64,000 bases of DNA from Eledone cirrhosa (lineage: Eukaryota). The stretch is from NCBI GenBank assembly GCA_964016885.1, contig OZ024742.1:123132001-123196000 (forward strand), written 5' to 3'. The position numbers and the translations under genes are program-made. The notes beneath the pieces are model-generated. The model saw only the letters and a list, made by a program, of their open reading frames with translations. It was not told the origin of the DNA and did not search any database. Positions 44,989 to 60,037 of this stretch are shown piece after piece (within the stretch, counting starts at the first letter, position 1; every line of letters starts with the position of its first letter).

Positions 44989-46755
44989 TCACTCACATCT
45001 TCGTCTCCTGGTGACCAGGCTGCACGATTTCCATGGGGGTGTTGGAGGAGTTGTTTGGTGGGGTGGTGGTTTCTGGCGGAGTGGGGACGGAGATGTTTGG
45101 TGGGGATGGCGTGTCTGGTGGGATGGGGTATATGGGGTGGGTGTGGGGAAACATTTTAACATGACTCGATTGTAGGGTTTGACGCAGGGGTTACCTACGT
45201 CGTTAGGTAATTTTCCTTTTAACTGTTTATGTGTGTCCATGGACATCCTAATCATTTTAATATTAGGAATCTCCGAAGAGTGTGTACAAGTTTTTTATAT
45301 ATGTTTTTTATACAAGGGTGTTTATATATGATGTCTGTTAAAGTTTTATTGTTAGTATTGATGTAGGTGTAACATTTTTGTTGTGTTGTGTTGCTTTTTG
45401 TCTGTGGTTCTTGTGTGTGTTTACGTTTTGTAGTTGGTGTTTTGTTTTCAGGAGGGGATGTTTTTGTTTGTCCTGTTTGCGTCGCTTGTGTTGGTGTTTG
45501 TATGCTTGTTGCATTTTTGTTTGTGTTATGTCTTTTCTTTTTTGTCTTTTTACTGGTCGGAAAGGCTCTCCCTCATCGTCACTGGGTGACGATGATGAGG
45601 CCTCATCCGTGTTGTTGTGGAGGAGTACATTTTGAGGAGTTTTTATGTTTGTGGGTGGGTCTGGAGTTGTTTTTGGTGGGGAGAGGTTGGGTAAGACTGT
45701 GTTTGTCGTTTGTTTTGTTGTCACTATTTTTTATGTTGTTGTTGTTGTGGTTGTGGTGGTGGTGTGGTGGTGATTGTTGTACTAGTGTTGCCGGGGTTGG
45801 AAGTAGTGCCTTTTTTGGGCTAGTTAGCCGATGACAGGAATCTCTCAGGTGACCCTTGCTTAAGCAGTGGTAACATGAGGGTCACCTACCTTCGACCGAA
45901 ATGTTTATGCATATAAGCCCATCCATCAGCACACGTTCCGGGATCCTAGCTATTCGCCCTGGTGTCATTTGAACCAGAATTTCCAGACTAGTTCCGCTGA
46001 ACAGGTCGCCGGAGGACTTACCTACCGATATTATTGTGTCTTTTTCAAGGTTTAAAAATCCACATAGTATCCACCAAATATCAATATTTGGAGTGATACT
46101 TTGGATTTTTATTTTCTGTGTTCTTTTTTCACATGTAAGTGGGAAAAAAGGTAAACAGCGGTCACACAGTTGGCGACACAGAATATTTCTGTGCCGTCAA
46201 TTGGATAAACTCCCGTAGAGTCTCCCCTTCTGAATGAAAGCAATGTCTTTTACGGCATCTTTTAAAACCAACTCAATTTCGCCTTGTGAAAGTTGAGTTG
46301 GTTTTCGGGTTTTGTTTGAGACTATCCTGAAAACACAGTTTTCAAGGCAGTTTCTCTTCGCAAATCTGGGGGAGAGATTATGGAGAATAATCCGTTCTCC
46401 CCAAAAGTTATGTACTGTCGGGCGTTATTCAAAAGCTCATTTGCATTTGAAATATCCACCGGAGTGTAGCTTACCGTTTTCTTTACGGTTTGCGCAAACA
46501 ATATTTTGTTGTTTACTTCCCTGTTGCAATTATTGGTTTTGTTGTTGTTGTTATTGTTCTTATTGTTGGTGTTATTTTCGTTCATAGTATTGTTGTTGTT
46601 GTTGTTGCTGGTGCCGCTGGTTGTGTTGTTTTTGTTCAGTATTTCTCACTTTTGGTTTTGGTTTGTTGCCATGGCAATGTCAACTTGTAGGTCAGCAGGT
46701 GGACAAAATACTTCCTCTGACTGACCTTTGTCTGAGACATCTGTTACTATGACAG
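44989..46755 (-). pseudogene. Copy E ORF1, frameshifted, with the first ~20 codons missing
   Basis: Fragments DVGNPCVKPYNRVMLK and SYTPVDISNANELL, plus knuckle-coding sequence near 45830-45900. Confidence 0.85.
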
Positions 46756-46839
46756 TAGATAGATAGCTAGATACAGTGATGTCACATGTTTATACATATA
46801 TATTCAGTGACTATTATATAACTAACATTATACAATAAG

Positions 46840-47032
46840 GGCGGTGGATTGGTAGTATCGGTAGAGGGTCGTACGCCATGCTTTGCAGCAAAGAGTTACG
46901 GCCCTTTATGGTCTGAGTTCAAATCCCGCCGAGGTTAACTTTGCCTTTCATCATTACGGGGTCGATAAAATAAAGTACCAGAAATACACTGGGATAATTG
47001 CTGGCCTTGTGCCAAAAGTAGAAAGAATTATA
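46840..47032 (+). mobile_element. tRNA-derived SINE, full length
   Basis: A and B boxes, conserved core and GGCCTTGTGCCAAAAGTAGAAA tail. At least 9 related copies lie in the window. Confidence 0.88.
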
Positions 47033-47177
47033 CAACTAACATTTATAAGAGCAGAAATGTACATTAATAAATGGTCAACTATCCTATTTTCGTGCAGATT
47101 AAACATTGCAAACGTATTATACTCATAATAACACCTGAACTACTTCTTTGTAACCACATTTCCCCTTCTTTGTTAAA

Positions 47178-47215
<38 letters not shown>

Positions 47216-47226
47216 TATATATATCT

Positions 47227-47283
<57 letters not shown>

Positions 47284-47334
47284 TATATACATATGCATAT
47301 ATGTGTGTGTATATATATATGTATATATATATAT

Positions 47335-48052
<718 letters not shown>

Positions 48053-48163
48053 TACATATGCATATATGTTTGTATATATGTGTATGTGTGTATATATGCA
48101 TATTTACATTTATGTATCAGCTGTGCTAGGGTGAGTAATCAACTTCTTATATGTATAACATAC

Positions 48164-48204
<41 letters not shown>

Positions 48205-48309
48205 CATGTGTATATATATATATATATATTTTTTTTTTTCATGTCCGAGCTGAGGATGCGCTTATGGAGATACAATTGTTCTCGGTATGGTGAACTAACT
48301 GTTGGTTAC

Positions 48310-48404
<95 letters not shown>

Positions 48405-48405
<1 letters not shown>

Positions 48406-48649
48406 TTGAAATAAAATGAAAACGAAATTTCATTTCTCACTCTTATGCAAATTAGGCTGCTCAGCCGTTAATTTTCATAAGGAAAGTATATACTTTCGAA
48501 CGTTCAACTATCTGGCAGATGGGTATACGGTGCTGATGATAGCTAACAAGCTTGAAACTAGTACATCGTTCCTGTGTCAGTGTTGAACGAAAAGGTGACG
48601 TGGTTGCCTTAACACCGTATGGCATAAATTCAGGCTGTTCAGTTTGTTT

Positions 48650-48655
<6 letters not shown>
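48405..48655 (+). mobile_element. MITE-family fragment
   Basis: Shares the TIR-like GAAATTTCATT-CTCACTCTTA and internal sequence with 56400-56980. Confidence 0.6.
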
Positions 48656-48688
<33 letters not shown>

Positions 48689-48818
48689 TGCTACTGTACG
48701 TCTGTATACATATATGTATGTACGTATACATACATACTTATATATATATATATATTTATTAAAATAACAGATTAAAGTTTAAGCAAAGAATCGCTGCTTT
48801 CACCCTTATATATATATA

Positions 48819-49392
48819 TGGTGGTTGCCATGTAGTGGAACCCCTACCGATGCGCTGAACGAGTGTGACTTTTTAGTCCAGCCAACGATTTGAAAACTCT
48901 TGTACAAACACTACACTTGTGACAATTATTGACACATAGTGCTGGGACCATGGTACCATGTGACGACAATTGCAGAGAGATCTCCAGATATAAAGCAATG
49001 CCTGTGCCGTGAAGCTTTTATAGTGAGCAAAGCCACTACACAAAGCCAGTCCCACTCTCTTAACCAAGATGATATTTACCAAAAAGTAGAACAAGTCAAC
49101 ATCATTGGATACCATCAGCGTTGCAGGTGTTATATCAGAGTTTTCCTCCTCCTAGAATTCTGCCTTGACAAAGGCTAAGGGGTCATCTCTCCCGGTGATT
49201 TTGGATGGCCATTGATCTTAAGAGCTCCTTTGCCCTTTGACAGGTTTTGTTTTTAGTCCTGCAGGATGTCCAAAGTCACCCTCCTCACCAAGAAACCTTG
49301 GTGGGGTTGCCAGTTTACTCGCCAACGACGCGACCATGGGACAGGTTGTACTGGGATACATGTTACCAGTAGCACAAACTGGTGACCTGACA
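48819..49392 (-). mobile_element. Copy Y of the same ~600-bp element, in opposite orientation
   Basis: High identity to copy X and flanked by (TA)n. Confidence 0.6.
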
Positions 49393-50089
49393 TATATATA
49401 TATATATATACATACATACATATGTGCGAATGTGCGTGTGTGCGTGTTTGCGTGTATGTATATATATATATATGTATAATTTCATAATACACGCACATAC
49501 ACACACATACACACACGCACACACACACACAAACACACATATTTATATATATATACTTATATATCCTATTGTCTGTTATTGTGTGTGTGTGTGTTCGTAA
49601 TTGCTGGAAGCAATAATAGTCAAATCTATATGCGTTACAGTTTTTCCCTTATTCGTTTTCATATAATTATGTTCTTTATTGAAGAGTGCTTACAATATTT
49701 TTCAAAACGCCTTTCCCATTATTGGGGCATTGTCGAAGTCTTTTCTTTATTATTTCACATATTCTGTTCATTTTTTGGTCTATTAAAGGAAATGATATAT
49801 ATTTATGCAGTGCTCATAGCAAACGCATGTACGATATAGATCTACTCATCTACCTTGTGTATGTAAAAACATTTAGTTTGTACACAAATTTTTTATTGAC
49901 CGTAATGTAACACACCCATTTTTCAGTTCTATTTAAAAATAGGATTTGAACTCAATATCAATAGAATTTCAAATTTAAATTTCATTTTCCTTGTAAACTT
50001 ATCTGTGTTATGTATTACAGTATACTAACGTAAGCAACTATACTTTCACTTTACAAACTAGTTAAAATGTTATGGTGCCACAGAATGCA

Positions 50090-50470
50090 TGTTTTCGTGT
50101 GGTATATCCAAATGGAGTCCACCTCTTCTCCAAACGATTACAACAGAAGGAGTTGAGCTTTGTCTCGCAAATTACATTTCCATTTCGCAGTTAGGTCACT
50201 AATTGTAGATATTTTATCATTTGTGTATGAATCCGGGCTCAATTTTTTCCTGCAAATTTTAACCTCCCACAATATATGCAATCCATGGGGATTTGGAGGT
50301 CAAGGAGCTGCTCCTTTCTCCACCTGTAGCAAATAAAACAGTATTGTGTTGTATATATTTGCTGTTTGGGTAAATGAGCTCTCTGTGAATCACATTTTTA
50401 ATTTTTGGTACAACGCATTATCAGTTATGAAATACGTTCCACCGATCGTGAGGTATTTGGACAAGCTCCC
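50090..50470 (-). pseudogene. Possible Tc1/mariner transposase C-terminal relic
   Basis: Degenerate SPDLNP-D--WG-like sequence near 50265-50310 and GGHFE-like sequence near 50105-50130. Confidence 0.3.
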
Positions 50471-50529
50471 TCACATAATAGGTTATCGTTTTGTTCTGCA
50501 TGATAGAATTTAAAAAAAAAATCTGGGAA

Positions 50530-50622
50530 TTTGCCTTTCATCCTTACGGGGTCGATAAAATAAAGTACCAGTAATGCACTGGGTGATTGCTGGCCTTGTG
50601 CCTAAAGTAGAAACAGTTATTT
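50530..50622 (+). mobile_element. SINE, 3' half
   Basis: Core and tail of the 46840 family. Confidence 0.8.
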
Positions 50623-51379
50623 GAATTCTGTATATGAAAAATACTGTATTATATTGTTGTATCACTAGCAAAAATAACAACAGTTCCTAGCATGGTAGAA
50701 CACAACACATTACCCAGTCCATCAATCGAACGCACGGAATTACGATTGTAAGTCCCTTACCACTAGGTCATGTACTTCCACAATAAATCTATTTGGTCAT
50801 AGGGTTTTCTTTTCTTATAGTTGCTATCTCTTGAGGCAATTAAACATATGTTCTCCTCATTTAACACTTCTGCACAAATTACGATATATTCATTCACTAA
50901 GTTAATTAATTTAATAGTAAGAAATAATAGTTCTGCAACTGTGGTTAATTTGATAAAAATATTTCTCATCATAAACGGATTGGTAAATGTCCATATGGGA
51001 GAAAATTATGCAAAATCAATATCTTTAATTAAGCAATAAATTCGTCATGCCTCCCCAACATCTATAAAATGTATCAATTATATTTGATTGATAGGTAACC
51101 TTATCCAATATTTCAATATTTACTTGGAATCTTTTGACGACGGAATGCAGATGTTATATTTACGACACAGTACGTTTATACCAATATAAATATATATATT
51201 GTAGCACTCAATGATATGAGTGAGTAAGGAAGAAAATTATGGATACAAGGAAAGGAAAACACTACTATTATGCTTCATGGATGAGTTACAGCTGCGAAAT
51301 AATGTCCAGTTATATATTTTAGAATGTCATCCAATTCCAGCTCCAAAATGTCGCCATGGGTTATATAACATTGCTATAT

Positions 51380-52140
51380 GATATTACCATCTCTGATACA
51401 CCTCGCGAACAAGGAGAACATTTTCCATATCTAGGCTGCCTTTTATCAAACAAGCCGTGGAATTCTATACGGGTCATTTGGAAAACTAATCAAACCTGCC
51501 GTCAACATCAAAGGTCTGAACATAACAAACAAATTATATTCTATAATACTGTTGTTATTTCACCCATGCTATAAAGATTAGAACTCTTTCACAGGCAAAA
51601 GCTTCGTTCAATCTTGAACATCAAATAGGAACACTATGTAACCAACAACAAAGTCTTGGAAAGAGACAACAGTCAAACCTTTGCATAGCTAATCACGAAA
51701 CACCGTTTTCGAGGACCAGGACATGTATCAAGAATGGAAAGGTCAAGGTTTCTATATGCAGAGTTATTCATTACGCGCACTTCAGGGAAAAGTCTACGGG
51801 GTTATCATCTTCTAAGATATAAGAACCAACTCAAAACAACACTAAAAGCCAATGAACTTTAGCCTAAATCGTTTGAAACACAAGGCCGAGATCGTACAAA
51901 CTGGCGGTGTTTCATCACCATCGGAACCAACAATTTCGAAGCAACCAGAAGAGACAAAGAAGAAATCGAACGACTAGACAGGCACAACAAAATCAATCTC
52001 GTCCTCAATCAACATTACCATGCATCCAATGCTATCTCTATGCAAGAAATGGTCTACTTAGTCATCCACGCTATCACCATAATGGAAATGATCAGCAAAG
52101 AATAAATTAGATTCCGGACACGGGATAATGCCGAAGATGA
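51380..52140 (+). pseudogene. RTE (BovB-like) LINE 3' remnant
   Basis: EHFPYLG, RYKNQLKTTLKA and C-terminal CIQC..ARNGLLSH.R.H across frameshifts. Confidence 0.7.
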
Positions 52141-53299
52141 TATAGAGATTAACAAATTTGAGGGTATAATATGATTACACTTCTCAAGTGTAAATTATTA
52201 GGGGTGATACACATAACAGGTATCTATTTTTGTCACTAAATATATGTACGACAAGCGTTTCAATGGTTTCTACATGATAGATACGGTTCACAATTAAGTC
52301 GATTTCTTTCACCTATTATCATATCTCTGAATTTTAAATTCAGTTAATATAATGATTGATTTGACTGTCATATGGCATGAACACTGAGGCTTTAAGGAGA
52401 AATATTTAATATATTAAGGATTTTGAAATGTTTTCTATCACTTAAAATGTAAATTAGTTCGGTTTGAGATATGATAAGAGATAAGCAAATCCATTAGTTT
52501 TCGTCGGATAAAAATATATTATTTAAGCGGTATTAATTTTTTTTACGGAAAAAGTTAGAATATTTATCGCAAATGAATATCTTATTTTAAAAATTAAGAA
52601 TGATGTTTATGCGATGCAATTTTTAGGTGAAGAATATTTGGCATTTGCCGAATATTTAGGTAAAATAGATTATCTGTGCTGCTCAATCTATAAGATTATT
52701 AAAAAACAAATACAAAACCCAAAACAAAATGAAAAACTGCTAAATTAATCAATGTAGAGAAATATTCCGTTAATTCAGGACTACTACAAAATTAGACAAA
52801 TTTAATTGTTCTCTATCAAACAAGGATTCTTCGTTGAACGTTTTACAGTTTAATAAAATTTAAAAGAAAACATCAACGTAAATATTAAGATGGGAATATT
52901 TAATTTATCTTTAAATTGATTGGCATGTAGTGGACGACAGGATACTTCACAGGCAACAGAATATTTTTTCTTATATATTTCCAAAATTATATGTCGTATA
53001 ACATTTACTGACATGTTCAGTTGAGAGATTTGAAGGAGAATAAAAATAAATCAAAAAATTAGTCACACCTTTCTCTCGTTCGAAAAAGTACTATACTAAA
53101 TAAATAACCTATAATTATCTTATCAAAAAAACAATTTATATTTTTAGAATTCTATAACTGCAATTAAGGAACTGCCAATAGTCCTCCTTTACATTATGTA
53201 CATCACATATATTTCTTCATGATTTTGAATATTGGTCTAATTATTCAATTTGATCCGTAAACAAGATTCCATTATATTATTCCCAAGTCACCATATGTT

Positions 53300-53735
53300 G
53301 GTGGATTGAGAGTATAGGTATAGCGTCACCAACATGCTTTACGGCATAGTATTACAGCTCTTTATGTTCTGTGTCCAAATCCGCCGAGGTCAGCTTTGCC
53401 TTTCATCCTCAAGGGTTCTATAAAACAAAACCCCAGTAACGCACTGGGGGTCAATTTAATCGAATTTCCCCTCCCTCCAAAATTGATGGCCTTGTGCTTA
53501 AATTAAAAAAAAAACATTATTCCAAAGTCACCTTTCCATCTTTGACAGTCTTTATAGGATCATTACAAAATAACATGACACATATCACTATTTAGTATAA
53601 TTTAAATGGCGAGGAATTGGCAGTATCGTTAGAATAGTGGATAAAATGGTCTGTAGTATTTATTCTGGCTCACTGAAATCCCGCTGAGGTCAACTTTAAC
53701 TTGCAGGGTGAGAAAAATGTACCAGTCGATTCTTC
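53300..53735 (+). mobile_element. Two older, diverged SINE copies (53300-53520 and 53607-53735)
   Basis: Degenerate B box and core. Confidence 0.6.
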
Positions 53736-53741
53736 CTCTAC

Positions 53742-53840
<99 letters not shown>

Positions 53841-54517
53841 CCTCTCTCACACACACACACACTCTATCACTCAATTTCTCCCTTTGTGAGAAAGGAATAG
53901 ATTTTGTTCAAACCTGGAGAGGGATGGATTCTGCAATGTGTAAAATGACCAAGACACACTGTACGTCACTACAGCGCTCCTACGACCCCAACATGGGATA
54001 GAGCTACTCAATACATGCTGTATAATTATGTGTTATGCACAAAGTGAAATCAGAACATCTGCAAGTAAAACAAATTATACTTGAATTATGATGATCTAAT
54101 GATAAATATATTAATATATTTATATATATATATAGATATATATATATATCTATATATATATGATAGATAGATAAATATATACATCCCATATTTGAAGTTA
54201 TTCTCACAATAGACTAGATTTAGATGTCTATTTCAATAATAATATAATCATAAAACCACTCTAGCTTTATCACTTGACGATCTACTTATGAGGATCTTAA
54301 TGAGAAGCATAATTTTAATAATCACTCATATTAACAGACATTAATGATACTAGTACGAAGTCACATATTCGAAAAACTGGAGCATAGCAAGTGGCTCAAA
54401 TTTCTTTCTCTCTAAGCAGTTCCAATTAAGGCCGAACTGGTTCTTAACAACAATAATAATAACAACAACAATAAAAATAACAAGAATGAAATCAACAACA
54501 GTCACAGCAACAATAAT

Positions 54518-54725
54518 AATGGTTTCTGATTTAGGCACAAACCCAGCCATTTTTTTTTGGGGGGGGGGGGGATCGATTAAATCGACCTCAGTGAATTACT
54601 GGTACTTTATTTTATCGATCCCGTCAAGATGCAAAGCAAGACTAACCTCAGTGGTATAAGAACTCAGAACGTAAAATTACGTAACACTTTGTCCAACACT
54701 CCAACGATACTTTCAATCCACCGCA
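54518..54725 (-). mobile_element. SINE copy flanked by (AAC/AAT)n
   Basis: Reverse complement of the family consensus. Confidence 0.75.
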
Positions 54726-55305
54726 CTGACAACAACAATAATAACTACAACAATAAAAGCAGCAACGGCAACAGTAGCAACAAAAATGATAACAACAACA
54801 ACAAAATAACGATAATAACGATAAGAATAACAGCAACATTAACAAGAAAGACAGCAATAACGAAAGAAACAATAACGATGATAACAAACGATGATGACGA
54901 CTACAGTTACAGCAGAAACAAGTTTAATATAGTTAATTGAATTGAAATAATTACGTCTACATTTTTGTTTTAATCAACTTTGAGATGATTAAAAAAAAAT
55001 AATTCGGGTAGGATTTGAAAATAGAACGTCACCTTTTTGTTATAATTTAACAATCTATCGCCCAATGTGGCTTTTATGTATTCATATATATTTACATTCA
55101 CAATTGGCAAATTGGCAGTCGTTGGAAGGTCAGGTAGAATATTTTGCATTGTTCGTTTCAGGTCTCTGCTCTCTTAGTTCAATTCCCTTCGAGGTCAACC
55201 TTGTCTTACATCATTTCAAGTGCAATAAAAATTAAATCTAGTCTCGTATTGAAGTCGATTCTTCCTGTATATCTCTTTCTTCCTTCTCTGTCTCTGTTCC
55301 GCCTC

Positions 55306-55360
<55 letters not shown>

Positions 55361-55997
55361 CTCCCTTCTCTCTCTCAATCCTCCTCTGCTTTCATTGTTA
55401 GCTATTGCAGATGGAATGTCATTGTAGAAATATTCTTGTTTAATCCAGCTTCCCTATGACAGTAGATGCTGTACGACTAACAACATGTAATGGCTTCAAA
55501 CATCACAAAATATACCAGTAATATATGGAGGTTGATCCCATGTGTCCACCTGTAAAATGTGTGATTTTATCCCAAATCACGCAAGATGACTGAAAATGGC
55601 GCAAAATTAAGCATACAGAGATAAATAATTCTGCTGTCTCACACAATGATTCATACGTCTACATTCCTATAACGTTGCACTCCACATTAAATTTTATGAC
55701 TCTGTGGTGAATAAAATGCATAGCTAAGCTTGATTCAATATCATAAACTGGCAGGAGACTTGGTAATATCTGCAGTGAAAATGGAACCATTACTATCTGT
55801 CACAGATTTTATGTCTTCACTATCTCAAGATATTATAGCAGACTTGTCAAGAAAAATGTTCGTATTCAATAAATACTTGAACATATATGATCAATTGATT
55901 GAAGACAGATACACATAAACACACACACCCTGTCTCTCAGTCAGTCCCTCCCCCCCCCCCTGTCTCACTCTCTCTCTCTCTTTATATATATATATAA

Positions 55998-56095
<98 letters not shown>

Positions 56096-56153
56096 ATACT
56101 GTATATATATGTTTATACATACATATATGTATATATATGCATATATCTAAATA

Positions 56154-56198
<45 letters not shown>

Positions 56199-56399
56199 AT
56201 ATATTATACGTTTGTAATAAATAATATTATGATGCAGACTCAACAATAGAAGTACGATATATGTATACAAAACGTACATACTCACACACACACGCACACG
56301 AAAATTAAACGGAAATATCAAATCAAACCACACAGTACAGTGAATAATTATATTAGTTTAACGCTTGATATCGTAGAAAAAAAAATATATATATATATA

Positions 56400-56706
56400 T
56401 AAATGGAAAAAATGAAATTTCATTTCTCACTCTTAGTACGGCTGATACTTAAATATAAGTATGTATATGTACATACATAAATGTATACAGACGTACAGTA
56501 GTATGTATATACATACATGCACACATATATATATATATATGTACGTATGGGTTTACCGAACATTTATTATAATGCTCGGTTTGTTTGTAAACAAACAGCC
56601 CGAATTATTAGCCGTACAGTGTTCAGCAACCATCGTCGCCATTGTGTTCAACATTGACAAAGAAATGTACTAAGAGTGAGAAATGAAATTTCATTTTTTC
56701 CATTTA
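56400..56706. mobile_element. MITE with ~40-bp terminal inverted repeats
   Basis: TAAATGGAAAAAATGAAATTTCATTTCTCACTCTTAGTAC at 56400 and its reverse complement at 56667-56706. Related pieces at 56740-56980, 48405-48655 and 61340-61530. Confidence 0.75.
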
Positions 56707-56983
56707 TCTTTTTCGGTACGATCGGCCGACTGACTCACTCGATATGCAAATTATGCTGCTCAGCCGTTAATATGCATCAGGAAAGTATATACTTTCAAAC
56801 GTTCAATCAACTGACAGGAATGTATACGGTGCTGATGACAGCTAATAAGCTAGAAACTAGTTTCTCGTTCCTTTGTCAGTGTTAAATAAAATGGCAACGA
56901 AGGTTGCCGAACACTGTACGGCTAATAATTCGGGCTGTTTGTTTACAAAAAAAAAAAACCAGCATTATAATAAATGTTATTGT

Positions 56984-57045
56984 GTTTTATCTGATGAGAG
57001 CGTACCAATGTTTTGGTACCCTTGAAATATATATAATAGAATAAA
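56984..57045 (+). ncRNA. Hammerhead-like motif, slightly decayed
   Basis: TTTTAT-CTGATGA-GAGCGTACCA-ATGTTT-TGGTACCCTT-GAAA-TATATATA-ATAGAA. Confidence 0.45.
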
Positions 57046-57138
57046 TATGGTTTTATAAATATTGTTTCCATTTATTAATATCATTGATATTATACTCCAA
57101 AAAATATATTTGTTGAATTACCAACAAATTAAATATCC

Positions 57139-57292
<154 letters not shown>

Positions 57293-57746
57293 AAATGTAT
57301 ATATATATATATATATGTATAAATGTATATATATGTATATATATATGTATATATATATATATACATATATATATAATATATATATATATAATATATATAT
57401 ATATACGCATTTCCAATTTCAACTATCCCTCCGTAGAAAAACAAAAAAGCAATTCATTAAGGACATTATAAAGCGTATACACGCATGCATATTAAACTGG
57501 CCATTACAACCGTATGACATATATGGTTGAGCTGAAATAACTAACATACTTCCGGTCACAGTCATATATGTGAGGGTTGGTTCCTGAAAATTTGAATGGT
57601 ATTTCTAACTTGCTGTCGACTGCTCTATACTTCATTCGAAGAAATAGGTTGCATTCAGACATGATGGACAGGTGGGCTCCACCATGTTTAAAAATGTCCT
57701 ACAAAACGCGGTTGCCTGTACGGTGTCCCTACGGGTTATGAGACCA

Positions 57747-57815
<69 letters not shown>

Positions 57816-59373
57816 ATATATATATATATATATATGCATATACATATATATATATGCATATACATATATGTGTGTGTGTGTGTGTGCGCGTTCCTAATTA
57901 ATATTCACACACATAAATGTATTTACGTTCTACACTTTGCAGTTCCATATGTATATGTATGCTTATTTAGACCTGTAATAGGTTATACACTCACAAAGAG
58001 AAACATAAAAAGTAAATTTCTGCTCAACCTTTCTTAAGCATGCAAATAACATAGAGGCATATCGAAATATATCGGAATATACGACAGAAAATATTAAAAC
58101 AAAAGAAAACTCTTCAACTGCGAAAAGAAACTTTTAATTTTGTCTAAAAAGTAATTCGATATGTTAATTCGTATCCTAAGTTGCGGTTTGCATGAATATT
58201 TCTATACGTATTTTTAGAGAAAAATATAAATAGCAATAGTGGTTCGATACGATGTTAATTTATTTTCTGTAAAGTAAAAACAACCTCTCATTACTATTTG
58301 AATAATTGCCTTAATAACAATGTTGCAGGACTTAAAGAAAACATAGAGACTTTTCATTAGAATACATTGATTTTTCTGTTCAAATCTTTTTGCCAACAAA
58401 ATGTCAAATAAAACCGAATTTGGACGTAGTTTTTTTATGTATTTTGTGGGTTATTATATAAAGTATTTTAAGCTTAATTTCTGTAATCAATTTATTACGT
58501 TTTCCTATTGTTTTCGTGTTGTTTGTTTGTTGTAATATTTTTTTTTTAAATTTGGTATCTGATTGTTATCCTATTTTTGTTTTTTCAGTTGCATTGATAT
58601 AATTTTCCCTCCAGAGAACAATTCATTTTAATTGTGATTTTAAGCAGTGTTTTTGAGAAGATATTTCTATATTATAAAAAAAAACATATCGCAAGCATTT
58701 CTGAACTACGTGGCATCGCGAGCATATATGTTACGGCGGATTATCATTCTCTAGATCTGAACCAACATTATTGTGGATTATAAATATGTTGCTAATAAAT
58801 GAATTTACTTTACTTGTTGAATGTCCTTTTACTATTATACGTATGCATAATCTACGAGTCTAAACCCATTCTAAAACCATAACAATAACAATGCTTAGGA
58901 TGAATAAAGATTTTGAATCCTTTACATTCTGTATGTATTTCAATAACTTTTGCTCAAAAAGTAACAATAATGAATAAAATACTTCATTATACCTCTTCTA
59001 CCTACCAACTTCTAATAACATACAATCCATAAAATAAATATAATTTTGAAACATTAACTGTAAAACAACATTTCATCTTCTTGCTACCTTTTCCCTACGA
59101 ACAACTTCTATCAACAGAGCATCAACAATCACGTTTAGTTATTTTGCATCAACGTCAACACCTCCATTATTAAACATTCATCTACCTCTATTTCTCTATA
59201 TGTGTCTGCTCGCTCTTCCACTCATTAAGCACCTCCAGCTATCAGTATTTGACAACTGCCTCTCAAAGTATCATTCTCAATGTCTGTATTACGTACACCT
59301 GCTTGACTCTCTTGTCTCGTCCTCCATCCAGTCTCTAATTTTGGTTACTATTTTTACCCTTCATTATTTAGTA

Positions 59374-59770
59374 TTGGCAGTATCGGTAGAGGGTCGGACG
59401 CCATGCTTCGCAACAAAGAGGTACGGTCTTTTATGGTCTGAGTTCAAATCCCGCCGAGGTTAACTTTGACTTTCATCCTTACGGGGTCGATAAAATAAAG
59501 TACCAGTAATACACTGGGATAATTGCTGGCCTTGTGCCAAAAAGTAGAAACAATTATTTAGTATTCGCACGGTGGATTGGCAGTATCGGTAGAGGCTCGG
59601 ACGCCATGCTTCGACGCATAGAGTTACGGCCCTTGCCATTCTGAGCTCAAATCCCACCGAGGTTAACTTTGCCTTTCATCCTTATGTGGTCGATAAAATA
59701 AAGTACCAGTAATGCACTGGGTAATTGCTGCCCTTGTGCCAAAAGAAGAAACAATTATTTAGTATTCGCA
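59374..59770 (+). mobile_element. Tandem pair of SINE copies
   Basis: Two ~195-bp units, each ending ACAATTATTTAGTATTCGCAC. Confidence 0.88.
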
Positions 59771-59809
59771 CCTACTCAATATCTTTGATCAATACAGTAG
59801 ATTCCGAAT

Positions 59810-60037
59810 TTAGTTGTCGAATGATTTGTTAACTGCCATATCAAGGCAACGAATTTGACCAGTTTCCTCAACCGGACAACATACTTTAGTACTCAGATAT
59901 TTTGATACTTCGGGCCAGCAATCTGAGATATGTAAATTATACTGTAATCCCACCACCCACACGACTTTAATTGTAACATATTCAAAACATCTAAGAGAAA
60001 TGTGGACAGAAAATGCATTATCTTTCAAGTGCACCAC
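59810..60037 (-). pseudogene. pogo/Tigger-type DDE transposase relic
   Basis: PVEETGQIRCLDMAVNKSF resembles the P--T--LQPLD--VNK-FK motif. Confidence 0.4.

Larger units (their letters stand above)
41391..46770 (-). mobile_element. L1/Tx1-clade retrotransposon, copy E (decayed, 5' truncated, 3' 1.1 kb inverted)
   Basis: 42524-46755 is on the minus strand and 41438-42524 on the plus strand. Many frameshifts. TATC/GATA tracts at both ends. Confidence 0.93.
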
